DNA of 64,000 nt from an uncultured Thermoleophilaceae bacterium (lineage in GTDB: Bacteria; Actinomycetota; Thermoleophilia; Solirubrobacterales; Thermoleophilaceae): assembly GCA_963830065.1 (NCBI GenBank), contig CAWHLA010000008.1, positions 1-64,000 on the forward strand, in the 5' to 3' direction. Shown here piece after piece: positions 42,081 to 52,838 of the stretch (its first letter is position 1; every line of letters starts with the position of its first letter). The notes below the pieces were generated by a model that ran no database searches, was not told the DNA's origin, and saw only the letters and a program-made list of their open reading frames with translations. A program made the translations under genes and the position numbers.

Positions 42081-43417
42081 GCCGTCACCCCCTCGCGGGC
42101 GGCCACCGCAGCCAGCGCATCGATCTGCTCCTTCGTGCGGCGCTCGGTGATCGCCACCAGCAACCCGTCCTCGTACTCCGGCAGGACGCCGCGCAGCGGC
42201 AGGCCGGGGTTGATGCCGGCGTCGCGAGCGCGCGCGAGGAAGGAGTCCAGGTCGGGCACCCGCACGGCGAACTCGCGCACGACCGGTCCCGGGTTGATCT
42301 GCTCGAAGTCGAGGACCGAGCGCGCGTAAGCGGTGCGCTGGAGCATCAGCGTGGAGAGCTCCACCAGGCCCTTGCGGCCCAGCCACGAGAGGTACACAGT
42401 GCCCGCCAGCGCGTTCAGCGCCTGCGAGGTGCAGATGTTGTGCGTGGCCTTCTCCCGGCGGATGTGCTGCTCGCGCGTCTGAAGGGTCAGCACGAAGCCA
42501 CGCTTGCCGTCGACGTCGCGGGTCTCGCCGGCGATGCGGCCTGGCATCTTGCGCAGGAAGCGCTCCGAGGCCGCGAAGAAGCCGAACGATGGCCCGCCGA
42601 AGTCCAGCCGGTTGCCCAGGGTCTGCCCCTCGCCTACGCAGATGTCCACGCCGCACTCGCCGGGCGGCTTGAGGATGCCCAGCGGCAGCGGATCGGCGGC
42701 GCACACGAACAGCGCGCCGGTGGACTTGGCCGTCTCGCTCAGCGAGGCGAGGTCCTCGACCGTGCCCAGGAAGTTCGGGTACTGCACGAACACAGCGGCG
42801 GTGTCGTCGTCCACGGCGTCGGCCAGAGCGGGGCCGTCGGTGGCGGCTTGGGAGTCCAGGCCCACCTCGACGATCTCCATGCCGTAGCCGGCGGCGTGCG
42901 TGGCCAGCGCCGCGCGCGAGTGGGGATGCATTCCGCGCGAGACCACCAGCTTCGACTTCTTCGTCTCGAGCTTGGCCAAGTATCCCGCCGCGGCCACGGC
43001 GGAGGGGCCCTCGTAGACCGAGGCGTTGGACACCGGAAGCCCGGTGAGCTCGGAGATCATCGTCTGGAACTCGAACATCACCTGCAGCCCACCCTGGGAG
43101 ATCTCGGGCTGGTAGGGCGTGTAGGGGGTTAGGAACTCCGAGCGCTCGACGAGGCTGTCGATCAGCGCCGGCACGTAGTGGTCGTACATCCCCGCTCCGA
43201 GGAAGGTGACCTCGGCGTCGGCGTGGCGGTTGCGCGCGGCCAGTGCGGCCAGGTGGTCCAGCACCTCCTGCTCGGCCATGCCCTCGGGCAGGTCGATCGG
43301 GCGCCCCAGGCGCACCGACTCGGGGATGGCCTCGAAGAGGTCCTCCACCGAGTCGACGCCGATGGCGTCGAGCATCTCGCGGCGATCCGCGTCGGTTGCA
43401 GACGTGTAACGGCTCAC
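42077..43417 (-). CDS. gcvPA: Glycine dehydrogenase (decarboxylating) subunit 1
   Basis: MSRYTSATDADRREMLDAIGVDSVEDLF...YTPYQPEISQG... Intact 446 aa. Confidence 0.85.
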   Translation of the reverse strand: MSRYTSATDADRREMLDAIGVDSVEDLFEAIPESVRLGRPIDLPEGMAEQEVLDHLAALAARNRHADAEVTFLGAGMYDHYVPALIDSLVERSEFLTPYTPYQPEISQGGLQVMFEFQTMISELTGLPVSNASVYEGPSAVAAAGYLAKLETKKSKLVVSRGMHPHSRAALATHAAGYGMEIVEVGLDSQAATDGPALADAVDDDTAAVFVQYPNFLGTVEDLASLSETAKSTGALFVCAADPLPLGILKPPGECGVDICVGEGQTLGNRLDFGGPSFGFFAASERFLRKMPGRIAGETRDVDGKRGFVLTLQTREQHIRREKATHNICTSQALNALAGTVYLSWLGRKGLVELSTLMLQRTAYARSVLDFEQINPGPVVREFAVRVPDLDSFLARARDAGINPGLPLRGVLPEYEDGLLVAITERRTKEQIDALAAVAAREGVTA

Positions 43418-43449
43418 AGGCGGACTACGAAGTTAGCGGCAGGTAGGGC

Positions 43450-43836
43450 TCAGGCCGCGGGCCAGAAGTCCTTCACCAGCTCGCCGTCGCCCTCGTGGCG
43501 AGGGCCGAAGGCCAGCAGCTCCAGGCCCTCGGAGCCGGCCTCGAACGCGCGCGTGACATTCGGCGCCACGCGGATCGCGTCCATCGCGTCGAGGTCGATG
43601 ACCTCGTCGTCGAGCTTGGCCCGGCCGCTGCCCGAGAGCACCACGTAGATCTCCTCGGCGTTCTCGTGCTTGTGGCCAAAGCCCTGGCGCTGGTCGGGGC
43701 GCACCACGTGGTAGGAGAGGCCTGTGTTCTCGGCCTCCATGTCCTTCGTGGCAAAGCGCGCCTCCTGGCGCTCACCGAACCCGAAGTCCGGCGCGGAGTC
43801 CTTCACTTCCTTGAGGTTCTTGTGCGTGTAAGCCAT
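43450..43836 (-). CDS. Cupin-domain protein
   Basis: ...GFGHKHENAEEIYVVLSGSG... Confidence 0.7.
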   Translation of the reverse strand: MAYTHKNLKEVKDSAPDFGFGERQEARFATKDMEAENTGLSYHVVRPDQRQGFGHKHENAEEIYVVLSGSGRAKLDDEVIDLDAMDAIRVAPNVTRAFEAGSEGLELLAFGPRHEGDGELVKDFWPAA

Positions 43837-43837
43837 T

Positions 43838-44191
43838 TCAGTACCTCCCGCTGATTCGATCCCAGGCGCTCCGCAGCTTGCGGGTCAGCTCGCCCTCGGT
43901 GGCATCGGCGGGGTCGGCCCCCATGGCCGCCGGGTTCTCGCTGGGCTCGGGCAGCTGCTCTGCCTCTTCGTAGGTCAGATTCAGCTCTACCCCGTTCTCG
44001 AAGAACCCCTTCACCTGAGGGGCGTCGACGAAGTGGTGCTTCTCGCCCTCGATCACCAGCCCGTCGAAGATGTCGGCCTCCTCGTCGGCCAGAACGTGCT
44101 TCAGCTCTCCGCAGCGCCGGCCGTCGGTGCAGTAGACGGGGACGCCCTCGGCGACCGCCAGATAGGAGGTCGGCGCTCCGAGGTCAGCCAC
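43838..44191 (-). CDS. Small acidic hypothetical protein (PRC-barrel/DUF2171-like)
   Basis: YLAVAEGVPVYCTDGRRCGELKHVLADEEADIFDGLVIEGEKHHFVDAPQVKGFFENGVELNLTYEEAEQLP. Confidence 0.45.
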   Translation of the reverse strand: MADLGAPTSYLAVAEGVPVYCTDGRRCGELKHVLADEEADIFDGLVIEGEKHHFVDAPQVKGFFENGVELNLTYEEAEQLPEPSENPAAMGADPADATEGELTRKLRSAWDRISGRY

Positions 44192-44573
44192 TGAGCAGCT
44201 TCTTGTAGGCCTCGACGTCGAGCAGGTCGTCGACCTCGCCGGTGTCGCTGAGCTTCACCTTGACCATCCAGCCGTCGCCATAGGGGTCGCCGTTGATGTT
44301 CTCCGGCGAGTCACCAAGAGTCTCGTTCACCTCGACGATCTCTCCCGACAGGGGCGCGAACACGTCGGAGACGGCCTTGACCGACTCGACCTCGGCATAC
44401 GCCGAGTCCTTGCCGACCAGGGCGCCCACCTCGGGCGGGTCGAAAAAGACCACCTCGCCGAGCGAGTCCTGCGCATACCAGGTGATCCCGAAGACGGCCT
44501 CGTCGCCGTCGATCCGGGCCCAGTCGTGCTCGGGGTGGTACTTCAGGTCCTCGGGGTAGCTCTCGTCGGCCAT
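44184..44573 (-). CDS. gcvH: Glycine cleavage system H protein
   Basis: ...YAEVESVKAVSDVFAPLSGEIVEVNETL... The lipoyl-lysine motif SVKA is present. Confidence 0.9.
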   Translation of the reverse strand: MADESYPEDLKYHPEHDWARIDGDEAVFGITWYAQDSLGEVVFFDPPEVGALVGKDSAYAEVESVKAVSDVFAPLSGEIVEVNETLGDSPENINGDPYGDGWMVKVKLSDTGEVDDLLDVEAYKKLLSG

Positions 44574-45648
44574 CTACTCCTCGCTCTTGCTGTACAGGGG
44601 CTTGGTCTTCACCTCGGCGGCGCGCGGCTTGCCCCGCACGTCGACCTCGATCTCGGTTCCGGGCTCGGTGGCCGCGCGGGGTAGGTAAGCCATGCCGATG
44701 CCCTGCTCCAGGCAGGGGGACTTGGTGCCGCTGGTGACGACGCCCTCGCCCGCGGGGGTCTTCACCGGATTGCCCTGACGGGGGATGCCGGGACCGGTGA
44801 AGGCGAAGGGCGCCAGGAGGTCGTCGGTCTCGTCGGGCAGCGCGTCGGCGCCGATGAAGCCGGTCTCGCGCTTGCAGGCCCACCCCAGCCCGGCTTCGAT
44901 CGGGTTGCGGTCCTCGGACAGGTCGTTGCCGTAGAGGTGGAAGCAGACCTCCAGGCGCAGCGTGTCGCGCGCCCCCAGGCCGACGGGGGTCACGCCCGCG
45001 TCCATCAGGGCGTCCCAGACCGTGACCGCGCCGTCGGGCGGGATCATCAACTCCACGCCGTCCTCGCCGGTGTAGCCGGTGCCGCAGACCAGCACCTCCT
45101 GACCGACGACGGTGAGCGTGTCCGTGCGCATGCGCTTGGGAAGCTCGCCCTCGCTCAGGCGCTCGACGATCCCGCGCGCCTCCGGGCCCTGCACGGCGAG
45201 CATGGCGTAGTCGGCGTGCGCGTCGCGAACCTCCACGTCGAACCCCTCCGCGTGCTCGGCCAGCCAGGCATGGTCGCGCTCGTGATTGGAGGCGTTGGTG
45301 ACCGTGAGGTAGCGATCGGGGCCCAGCTTGTAGGTGAACAGGTCGTCGAGCACGCCACCGTCCTCGCGGCACAGAACGGAGTACTGGGCGCCGCCCTCCG
45401 CGAGCTTGGCCAGGTCGTTGGACAGCACGTGCTGAAGGAAATCCTGCGAGCCCGGGCCTTCGGTCACGACCTCGCCCATGTGGGACACGTCAAAGACCCC
45501 GGCGCCGGTGCGCACCGCCTTGTGCTCGGGCCCGATCCCCTCGTACTGCACCGGCATCTCCCAGCCGGCGAAGGGAACCAAGCGGGCGCCCGCGGCCTGG
45601 TGGCGCTCGAACAGGGGCGTCCGCCGCAGCGTGTCCGTGGCGGAGGTC
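44574..45648 (-). CDS. gcvT: Aminomethyltransferase (glycine cleavage T protein), probable TTG start
   Basis: [59 protein letters not shown]. Confidence 0.85.
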
Positions 45649-45681
45649 AAGGCGTCGGAGGCTACAGGCGGTCCGGCGGGG

Positions 45682-47640
45682 CTAGCGCGAACGCCAGTAG
45701 CGCCGCCGCGGATCGCGGAGGACCATCTCCGCGTTGCGGTCGTTGCGTTCGCCGAGGCCGCCACCCTCGGTGTTGGACTGGCGGTCCGGGTCGTTCCAGG
45801 CCAGCACCCGCGAGAGCGAGGCCAGCTGCGTGTTCGAGTATCCGTTGACCGCGGCCGGGTTGGTGGTCGGCGGAGGGGTCCCGATCGGCGCGCCGGAGTT
45901 GAGCATCGTGCCGAAGATCGACAGCGTGCCGTCGCGGTTGTCGAGGACGTCGATCAGGCGGCTCTGCTGCGGGAAGTCCACGTGCGAGGCGGTGTTGACC
46001 TCCCAGAAGCCCCCGCGCCGGTCGCGCCGGGTCCACGGCTTGAGGTCGTTGTGGTGGGTGTGGCCCGAGACGTAGGCCACCACGTTGGGGAAGCGCAGGA
46101 GCAGGTCTCGCATGCTGCGGTCGCCCCGCAGGCCCAGGTGCATCGGCGTCGACGCGCGCGGGTCGCGGTCGCAGCCGGGGTTGGTGGCGTCGGTGCACTT
46201 GCCCGCCTCCTCGTCGGGGGTCGTGTTGTCCATCGTCCCCAGCGTGTGGTGCGCGTAGACGACGATGAAGCGGTCGGGGTCCCGGTCGCGCACTACCTGG
46301 CCACTGCGCAGCACCTCGTAGGAGGAGCTGCGATCGAGCTCCTCCTCCAGCCAGCGGTACTGCGGGTCGTCGACGTTGCCCGAGGCCCCTCCGCCCTCGG
46401 CCACCGAGTCGACCGAGATGAGGCGAAAGCGCCTGCGCGGGGAGAAGCTGTAGTAGCTCGCGGTGCCGTTCGAGGCGGCCTGCTCGGAGGGCGACACGTG
46501 GCCGAAACCGTGGCTCGCGTCCTCGGAGCCGTGCAGCTGCTTGTACTCGGCCTTGGAGACGGGCTTGCGCGTCGGGTCCGGGGGCGTGCGGCCTGCTCCC
46601 CCGAGCAGCCTGGAGAGGAAGTCCGGGTTGCTGAACTGCTCGAAGAGCTGGGTGGTGCTCTGTCCGCGAACCGAGTTGGGGTCGAAGTCGGCCGAGGGGT
46701 ACACCTTCAGACAGCCGGTGGCGATCGACTGGAACAACTCGGAGCTGGCCGGGGCGTTGCCCTGCAGCAGGCCGTCGTGGTTGCCGCGCGACGTGTACCA
46801 GGGGACCACCAGGCCGCGGGCGTTGAAGGGCCGCTGCGCGCGGTTCATCAGGCCGGCGTAGCGGGGGAAGGCCGCGTAGTTCCCGCCGCCGATGGCGCGG
46901 TCGGGGTCCCAGAAGCCCTGGAAGCGGGAGGGCGGGGCAGTGGGGTAGTCGCCGTAGTCCTGGACCCCCGTGTACCGGCGGGCGGCCACGTCGGCGTTCA
47001 GGCGCTGCTTGGTCGCGTCATCGGTGGCGCAGTCGTTCTTGGGCGACAGGGACTGGCCCGTGAACGGGTCGATGAAGCCGCCGTTCATGATCCCGACGAT
47101 CCACTTGGTCTCGTTCTGCTGCTGGTTGTCGGCCAGGTCGCCGGTGGTGATCGCGTAGTCCAGCCGCGCGCGCCTGCCGCGCCGTCCGCGCACCTTGCTG
47201 GTGCGGTTGCGGTTGATGTTGCGGATGATCGAGTCGAAGACGTACGGGCCCAGCGCCTCCATCGGCCGCCACGCAGCCGTCAGCGGCGGGCCGGCCGGAT
47301 CGACGAACTCGACCCGCGCGGGCGACATCTCGTCGGCCAGCTGGGGATCGGTGATCTGGGCGAAGAAGCCGATCGACTGGCGGCGCCGCTGGCGGCCGCG
47401 CCGCGCCCCGGCCAACCGCGTACGTCGCACCACGAAGCGCTCGCCGCGGCCCGCTACCAGCGGCTCGAATGCGCCGCCGCCGGAAGGCCGGATGGTCTCG
47501 AAGACCGTCGAATGGCCGGCGGGGTCGGCTGCGGCGGGGGCCGAGGCGGCCAGGGCGGCGACGGCTGCGAGCACAACGGTCGGGAGCGACCGGGCCGGTC
47601 GCGAGCGCGGGTCCCTCCTCACGGCGGGCGATGGTCTCAC
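45682..47640 (-). CDS. Secreted metallophosphoesterase (Actinobacteria-type phosphoesterase family)
   Basis: Signal peptide [22 protein letters not shown]. ...GDLADN...SRGNHDG...GHTHHND. Intact 652 aa. Confidence 0.75.
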   Translation of the reverse strand: MRPSPAVRRDPRSRPARSLPTVVLAAVAALAASAPAAADPAGHSTVFETIRPSGGGAFEPLVAGRGERFVVRRTRLAGARRGRQRRRQSIGFFAQITDPQLADEMSPARVEFVDPAGPPLTAAWRPMEALGPYVFDSIIRNINRNRTSKVRGRRGRRARLDYAITTGDLADNQQQNETKWIVGIMNGGFIDPFTGQSLSPKNDCATDDATKQRLNADVAARRYTGVQDYGDYPTAPPSRFQGFWDPDRAIGGGNYAAFPRYAGLMNRAQRPFNARGLVVPWYTSRGNHDGLLQGNAPASSELFQSIATGCLKVYPSADFDPNSVRGQSTTQLFEQFSNPDFLSRLLGGAGRTPPDPTRKPVSKAEYKQLHGSEDASHGFGHVSPSEQAASNGTASYYSFSPRRRFRLISVDSVAEGGGASGNVDDPQYRWLEEELDRSSSYEVLRSGQVVRDRDPDRFIVVYAHHTLGTMDNTTPDEEAGKCTDATNPGCDRDPRASTPMHLGLRGDRSMRDLLLRFPNVVAYVSGHTHHNDLKPWTRRDRRGGFWEVNTASHVDFPQQSRLIDVLDNRDGTLSIFGTMLNSGAPIGTPPPTTNPAAVNGYSNTQLASLSRVLAWNDPDRQSNTEGGGLGERNDRNAEMVLRDPRRRYWRSR

Positions 47641-47674
47641 ACGTCTCGCCGACCGGCCAGCCCCAACCGTCGGC

Positions 47675-49251
47675 TCAGCGGATCAGCCTCAGCAGCCGGT
47701 TTCCGCGCGTGAGGTTCCCGGCGCGGTCGCGCACCCGGACCAGTACCCGTACCCGCCGCTTGCGGCGCAGGGCGCGCCGCAGCACCCTCGCCGAGCGGGA
47801 GGTGAAGCGCAGCCGCAGGCGGGCAGTGCGGTTGGCCCTCACCGAGCCGGTGCGCTGGCGCAGCGTGATCTTGCGCTGTCCACGCTTGATGTTCAGGCGG
47901 CCGCCGATCCGGTAGGAGCACGGCTCGCTGCAGCGCATCCGCACGATCACGCCGCGTTTGCGCAGGGGGCGCTGGCGGCGGCCGGTGCGAAGGCCAAGGA
48001 CCGGCGGGGTCGCGTCGAGCGCGGCCGCGCCGCCTACCCCCGGGGGCGGTGGCAGTGGGCGCGCGGTGTTGCACGCCGAGCTCCCGTCGGTCAGGCGGGA
48101 GACCGTGCCCGTGGCGAGCTCCGCCACGTACACCCGCGCGCAGGCGTCCTCGCCGAACGAGGCCACGTTGAGGTCGGGCCGGTCGAGGATGAGGGCGTCC
48201 CCACCGCCGGAGGGCACGTTGAGCCGGCGTACCTGGCTGTGGCAGTAGTCGGAGTACACGTAGCGGCCATACAGCTCCTCCAGCGAGCTGTCGCGCACCA
48301 CGTACCCGCCGGTCACCGCGCGGCAGGGCGAGGGCCGGGCGTCACAGACGTGGATCGGAGCGACGTAGGCGCCGCCGCTGAGGGGACAGAGTGTCTCGTC
48401 GATCGGGTACCGCAGGTTCCCCTCGCACAGGCTCCAGCCGAAGTTGCGCCCGCGCCCGGAGCCCTGGGTGCGGGCGTGGAGGTCGATCTCCTCAACGCGG
48501 TTCTGACCCACGTCGCCCACCAGGAGGTCGCCGTCTGGCGGTCGAGGCTGAAGCGATACGGGTTGCGAAACCCGTAGGACCAGATCTCGGCTCGCGCCCC
48601 GGCCGCGCCGACGAAGGGGTTGTCGCCGGGGACCGTGTAGGACGCTCCGCCCGACTGCCGGGGGTCGATCCTGAGGATCTTGCCCAGCAGCGATCCCGGG
48701 TTCTGGGCGTTGTGGTCGGGGTCGCCGCCGCTGCCGCCGTCCCCCACACCGATGTAGAGGGCGCAGCGTCGAACTGCAGCTGACCGCCGTAGTGGTTGGG
48801 GTACTTCGGATGCGAGATCTCCATCACCGGGCGCCGGGTGGCGGCGCTTGCGGTGTCGGCCGACCCACCCGAGCTGCGGAACTCGTCAACGCGGATCGGT
48901 GGACAGCGATTGGAGTCGGTCGTCGAAGCGGGGCAGCTGGAGGTCGCGCCCGTGCCCGCCGCCGTGTAGTAGGCGTAGAAGCGCCCGGTGGTGGCGTAGT
49001 CGGGCGCGAGGGCGATGGACAGCAGGCCGCCCTCGCCGATGCCGGCCTCGACCAGGCTGGTGATGTTCAGGAAGTCCGCGGACTGCTCGACGCCGTTCTT
49101 CACCAGTCGCACGCGGCCGTCGCGCTCGACCACCATCACGCGGCCCAGGTCGCCCGGCGGGGAGATGGCGAAGATGGGCTGGTCGAAGCTGCCCGGCGGC
49201 AGCAACGGCTAGGAGGGCCAGGAGGGCGAAACGGCGCACGACAGGGGACAC
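47675..49251 (-). pseudogene. PQQ-dependent sugar (glucose/sorbosone) dehydrogenase with three single-base frameshifts (at ~49195, ~48750, ~48530)
   Basis: Signal MSPVVRRFALLALLAVAAAG. LPPGSFDQPIFAISPPGDLGRVMVVERDGRVRLV...ISHPKYPNHYGGQLQF. VGDGGSGGDPDHNAQNPGSLLGKILRIDP...YGFRNPYRFSLDRQT. LLVGDVGQNRVEEIDLHARTQGSGRGRNFGWSLCEG...YVYSDYC. Each junction is consistent with a 1-nt indel in a G run. Confidence 0.6.
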
Positions 49252-49301
49252 CTCACCAGCTATCGACGGCTGGCGCGCCGGTCCTTAAAGATTGGGCCGC
49301 G

Positions 49302-50390
49302 CTAGTCCTTGAGGAACGACGGTATGTCGATCTCGTCGTCCGGGATCTCCAGCGAGGAGCGCTGGCGATCGTCCATCGCCACGTCGCGCCGGCGGGGCTC
49401 TCGGCGGCGACCGGTGGAGTCCTCGGTGAACATCGGCCCGGTAGACATGCCCTCGAAGCCGGTTGCGATGACCGTGACCCGGACGGCGTCGCCCAGGTCG
49501 TCGTCGACCACCGCGCCGAAGATGATGTTCGACTGCGAGTCGGCGGCCTGCTGGATGATCTCCGCGGCCTCGTTGACCTCGAACAGGCCAAGGTCCCCAC
49601 CGCCGGTGATGTTCAGCAGGATGCCCGTGGCGCCCTCCACCGACTGCTCGAGCAGCGGGCTGGAGATGGCGTGCTTGGCCGCCTCGGCCGCGCGGTTCTC
49701 GCCGCCGGCCTCGCCGATGCCCATCAGCGCCGATCCGGCCTCGTGCATGATCGTGCGCACGTCGGCGAAGTCGAGGTTGATGACGCCGGGGATGGTGATC
49801 AGGTCGGTGATGCCCTGGACGCCCTGCCGCAGGACGTTGTCGGCCTCGCGGAAGGCCTCGAGGATGCTCGTGCGGCGCTCGACTACCGCGAGCAGCTTCT
49901 CGTTCGGGATCACGATCAGGGTGTCCACCTGCTCGCGTAGGCGCTGGATGCCGTCCTCGGCCTGGCGGCTGCGCTGGGCGCCCTCGAAGGCGAAGGGACG
50001 GGTGACCACGCCCACGGTGAGCGCGCCGATCTCCTGCTTGGCCACCTCGGCGATGACCGGAGCGGCGCCGGTGCCGGTTCCGCCGCCCTCGCCCGCGGTC
50101 ACGAACACCATGTCCGCGCCCTTGAGCGACTCCTTGAGCTCGTCGCGGCTTTCGTTGGCCGCGCCGTAGCCCACTTCGGGGTTCGCGCCGGCGCCGAGGC
50201 CGCGCGTGAGCTGGTCGCCGATCTGCAGCTTGATGTCGGCGTCGCACATCTGCAGCGCCTGGGCGTCCGTGTTCACCGCGATGAACTCCACGCCCTTCAG
50301 GCCAGCGTCGACCATGCGGTTGACCGCGTTGATGCCGCCGCCGCCTACGCCGACGACCTTGATCACTGCCAGGTAGCTACCCGTGTCCAC
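49302..50390 (-). CDS. ftsZ: Cell division protein FtsZ
   Basis: [16 protein letters not shown]...[22 protein letters not shown]. Intact 362 aa. Confidence 0.95.
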   Translation of the reverse strand: MDTGSYLAVIKVVGVGGGGINAVNRMVDAGLKGVEFIAVNTDAQALQMCDADIKLQIGDQLTRGLGAGANPEVGYGAANESRDELKESLKGADMVFVTAGEGGGTGTGAAPVIAEVAKQEIGALTVGVVTRPFAFEGAQRSRQAEDGIQRLREQVDTLIVIPNEKLLAVVERRTSILEAFREADNVLRQGVQGITDLITIPGVINLDFADVRTIMHEAGSALMGIGEAGGENRAAEAAKHAISSPLLEQSVEGATGILLNITGGGDLGLFEVNEAAEIIQQAADSQSNIIFGAVVDDDLGDAVRVTVIATGFEGMSTGPMFTEDSTGRRREPRRRDVAMDDRQRSSLEIPDDEIDIPSFLKD

Positions 50391-50539
50391 TCCCCTGGTC
50401 CTTCCCGTTGGGGCTCAAGTGCTCATCGAGGGTTTCCGGACTCCCATCGATACCGCAAAGTCCGCACTGTAGGCGGAATTCGGCGGAGGTGTCAAACCTC
50501 CTGCGCAACGAATCTTGCGTGACGTCCGGTGCTCAGCCT

Positions 50540-51571
50540 CTATCCAGGGTCTAGAGTTGACCCACTCTCGACCTGAGGTTGAGTCTCTGGCGTCGCCTGC
50601 GGCTGCGGCTGCGGTGCCGCCTGTGGTCCCGCTTGTGGTGCCACTTGTGGTGCCGGATCAGGCTCTGCGCCCGGGACCGCCGGCTCCTCTGTCTGTTGGG
50701 GCTCCGGGAGGCCTCCCGCCACGGGACGCTCGGGCAGCCGCACGTCGACGTACTCCGCGCCGTGGGACTTGGAATCGGCCAGCACCGCCACCGCCGCCGC
50801 CCACTTGGCGCGCAGGCGGGCCTGGGAGCCGAGGACCACGTCCGGGCCCTTGCGCAGCACGGCCACCAGCCCCCGGTCGCTGCGCTTGATGGCGGTGATG
50901 CGGCCCAGCAGCGCCGGGGGCGCCGCACCCGCCACGCCCACCAGCGCCTTGTCCACCTCGGGCAGGCGGAGCTTGCCTCGCAGGCCGCGGAGCACAGTGC
51001 CGTCCGCGGAAACCGGGAGCCGATCGCCGCCGCTGCCGACCAGGGCGACCGGGCGGCGCTCGACGGCCTCGATGCGCACCCCGTGGGGGAAGTCGGTCGT
51101 CACCCGCAGCTCGTTGACCACCGCCCAGGCAGCCGCCGCCTCGATCAGGCGCTCGCGCTCGACGTGAAGGGTGGTCATGTCCCGGGCGGCGGAGGTGAGC
51201 GCCTCGCGCACCTTCGGGGCGTCGCGGGTGGTCAGGCCGCTCACCTGCACCCGCTCGATGGCCACGAGCGAGGAGTCGCGCAGCCAGAAGAAGTAGACGC
51301 CGCCGACAACGGCGGCCACCAGCAGCGCCACCGCGAGGCGGCGGCGCAGGCGCGCCGGGATGCTCAGCACGAAGAAGGGGACGATCCGGGGGATCCGGAT
51401 CAGCCGGCCGGCAACGGCGCCGGCGGCGCTCTTCACGAGTGAATCTCCTGGTTCATCGCATCCCGCATCGGCTATCAGCAGGTTCGATCCCGGGCCCCTG
51501 TCTCCTACCTCGGCGAAGTGGTCAGGCCTGCGCCTCCAAACGGTCGGCCAGCCGGTCGACGTCGCCGGCAC
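50540..51571 (-). CDS. ftsQ: Cell division protein FtsQ (POTRA-containing) with a Pro/Gln-rich C-terminal repeat tail. The start may be internal (~51440).
   Basis: TM helix LAVALLVAAVVGGVYFFWL. VAIERVQVSGLT...VLGSQARLRAKWAAAVAVL. Tail APQVAPQAGPQAAPQPQPQ encoded by tandem ctgcgg / ttgtggtgcc repeats. Confidence 0.7.
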   Translation of the reverse strand: MPATSTGWPTVWRRRPDHFAEVGDRGPGSNLLIADAGCDEPGDSLVKSAAGAVAGRLIRIPRIVPFFVLSIPARLRRRLAVALLVAAVVGGVYFFWLRDSSLVAIERVQVSGLTTRDAPKVREALTSAARDMTTLHVERERLIEAAAAWAVVNELRVTTDFPHGVRIEAVERRPVALVGSGGDRLPVSADGTVLRGLRGKLRLPEVDKALVGVAGAAPPALLGRITAIKRSDRGLVAVLRKGPDVVLGSQARLRAKWAAAVAVLADSKSHGAEYVDVRLPERPVAGGLPEPQQTEEPAVPGAEPDPAPQVAPQAGPQAAPQPQPQATPETQPQVESGSTLDPG

Positions 51572-52838
51572 CCAGGGTCAGCAGCACGTCGCCCTCCCCC
51601 AGGCGCTCGCGCAGCACCTGCTCGGCGTCGTCCATCGTGGGCAGCCACCACACCGGCCGGCCGTGGGCCGCGTCGGCGGTGGTGCGCGCGACGGTCAGAC
51701 CCGATACGCCGGGGTAGTCCTCCGCCAGCTCGCGAGCGGGGTAGACGTCCAGCACCACCACCACATCGGCCAGCGCCAGCGCCTGCCCGAACTCGCGCGC
51801 CAGCTCCCGCGTGCGCGAGTAGAGGTGCGGTTGGAAGCAGGCCACCAGCCGGCGGGGCTCGAGCGTTCGGGCAGCCTCCAGCGTCGCCCTGACTTCGGTG
51901 GGATGGTGCGCGTAGTCGTCGAAGATGCGCGCGCCCGAGGCCGTGACGCCGCGCTCCTCGAAGCGCCGGGCGGTGCCCGCGAAGTCCTCCAGCGTCGGCG
52001 CGGCCTCCGCCAGCGGCACCCCCGCCTCGCGGCACGCGGCCAGGGCGGCCAGGGCGTTCAGCACGTTGTGCTCCCCGGGGGCGCGCAGCCGGACGGGCAC
52101 GCCCTCGACCGTGAAGCTCGAGCCGAGCGGGAGCAGCTCGACACCCTCCGCTCTCAGCTCGCCCTCGCCCGCGCCGTAGGTCAGATCGGCCTCCAGCCCC
52201 GCCCTGGCCCAGGCGATCCTCGTCTTCGCCGGCGCGGCGAACTCCTCGAACGCCTCGCGCAACCCGCGCGGCGAGCGGTAGGTGGCGTGGTGGTCCAGCT
52301 CCATGTTGGTCACCACCGTGACCTCGCGGCCCAGCTTGAGGAACGAGCGATCTGACTCGTCGGCCTCCACCAACAGCCACTCCCCCGCGCCCCAGGCCGC
52401 GTTGGTGCGGGCGGCGCGAAGCTCGCCCCCCACGAGGTAGGCCGGCTCACGGCCGCAGCGCAGCAGGACGTGGGCGGCCATCGCGGTGGTGGTGGTCTTG
52501 CCGTGTGTGCCGGAGATCGCGATCGTGCGCTTGAGGTGTGTCAGCTCGGCCAGCAAGTCGGCACGGTGGAGCACCTTGCGCCCCTCGTCACGGGCGCGCA
52601 CGAGCTCGGGGTTGTCCTCGGCGATGGCGGTGGAGACCACCACCTCGGCCCCCTCGGGCAGGTTCGCGGCGTCGTGGCCGATGGCCGGCTCGATCCCGAG
52701 GGCGCGCAGGCGCTCGGTGTAGGAGGACTCCGAGCGGTCGGACCCACTCACCTCGGCGCCGAGGGTCTGCGCCACCAGCGCGAGGCCGCTCATTCCGGCG
52801 CCGCCGATGCCCACGAAGTGCAGGCGGCGGCCGTTCAT
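51522..52838 (-). CDS. murC: UDP-N-acetylmuramate--L-alanine ligase
   Basis: MNGRRLHFVGIGGAGMSGLA...ISGTHGKTTTTAM. Confidence 0.9.
   Translation of the reverse strand: MNGRRLHFVGIGGAGMSGLALVAQTLGAEVSGSDRSESSYTERLRALGIEPAIGHDAANLPEGAEVVVSTAIAEDNPELVRARDEGRKVLHRADLLAELTHLKRTIAISGTHGKTTTTAMAAHVLLRCGREPAYLVGGELRAARTNAAWGAGEWLLVEADESDRSFLKLGREVTVVTNMELDHHATYRSPRGLREAFEEFAAPAKTRIAWARAGLEADLTYGAGEGELRAEGVELLPLGSSFTVEGVPVRLRAPGEHNVLNALAALAACREAGVPLAEAAPTLEDFAGTARRFEERGVTASGARIFDDYAHHPTEVRATLEAARTLEPRRLVACFQPHLYSRTRELAREFGQALALADVVVVLDVYPARELAEDYPGVSGLTVARTTADAAHGRPVWWLPTMDDAEQVLRERLGEGDVLLTLGAGDVDRLADRLEAQA

Noticed and set aside
45600-47700. Possible glycine riboswitch upstream of gcvT
   Set aside because: gcvT begins 33 bp after the stop of the upstream phosphoesterase gene, and only 35 bp separate that gene from the next one. 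No room or motif for a tandem-aptamer glycine riboswitch was seen.
50400-50540. Small hairpins in the ftsQ-ftsZ intergenic region (ggaggt-gtcaa-acctcc, cgcaa-cgaatc-ttgcg)
   Set aside because: Short 5-6-bp stems are common by chance. Noted only as possible ftsZ promoter-region structure.
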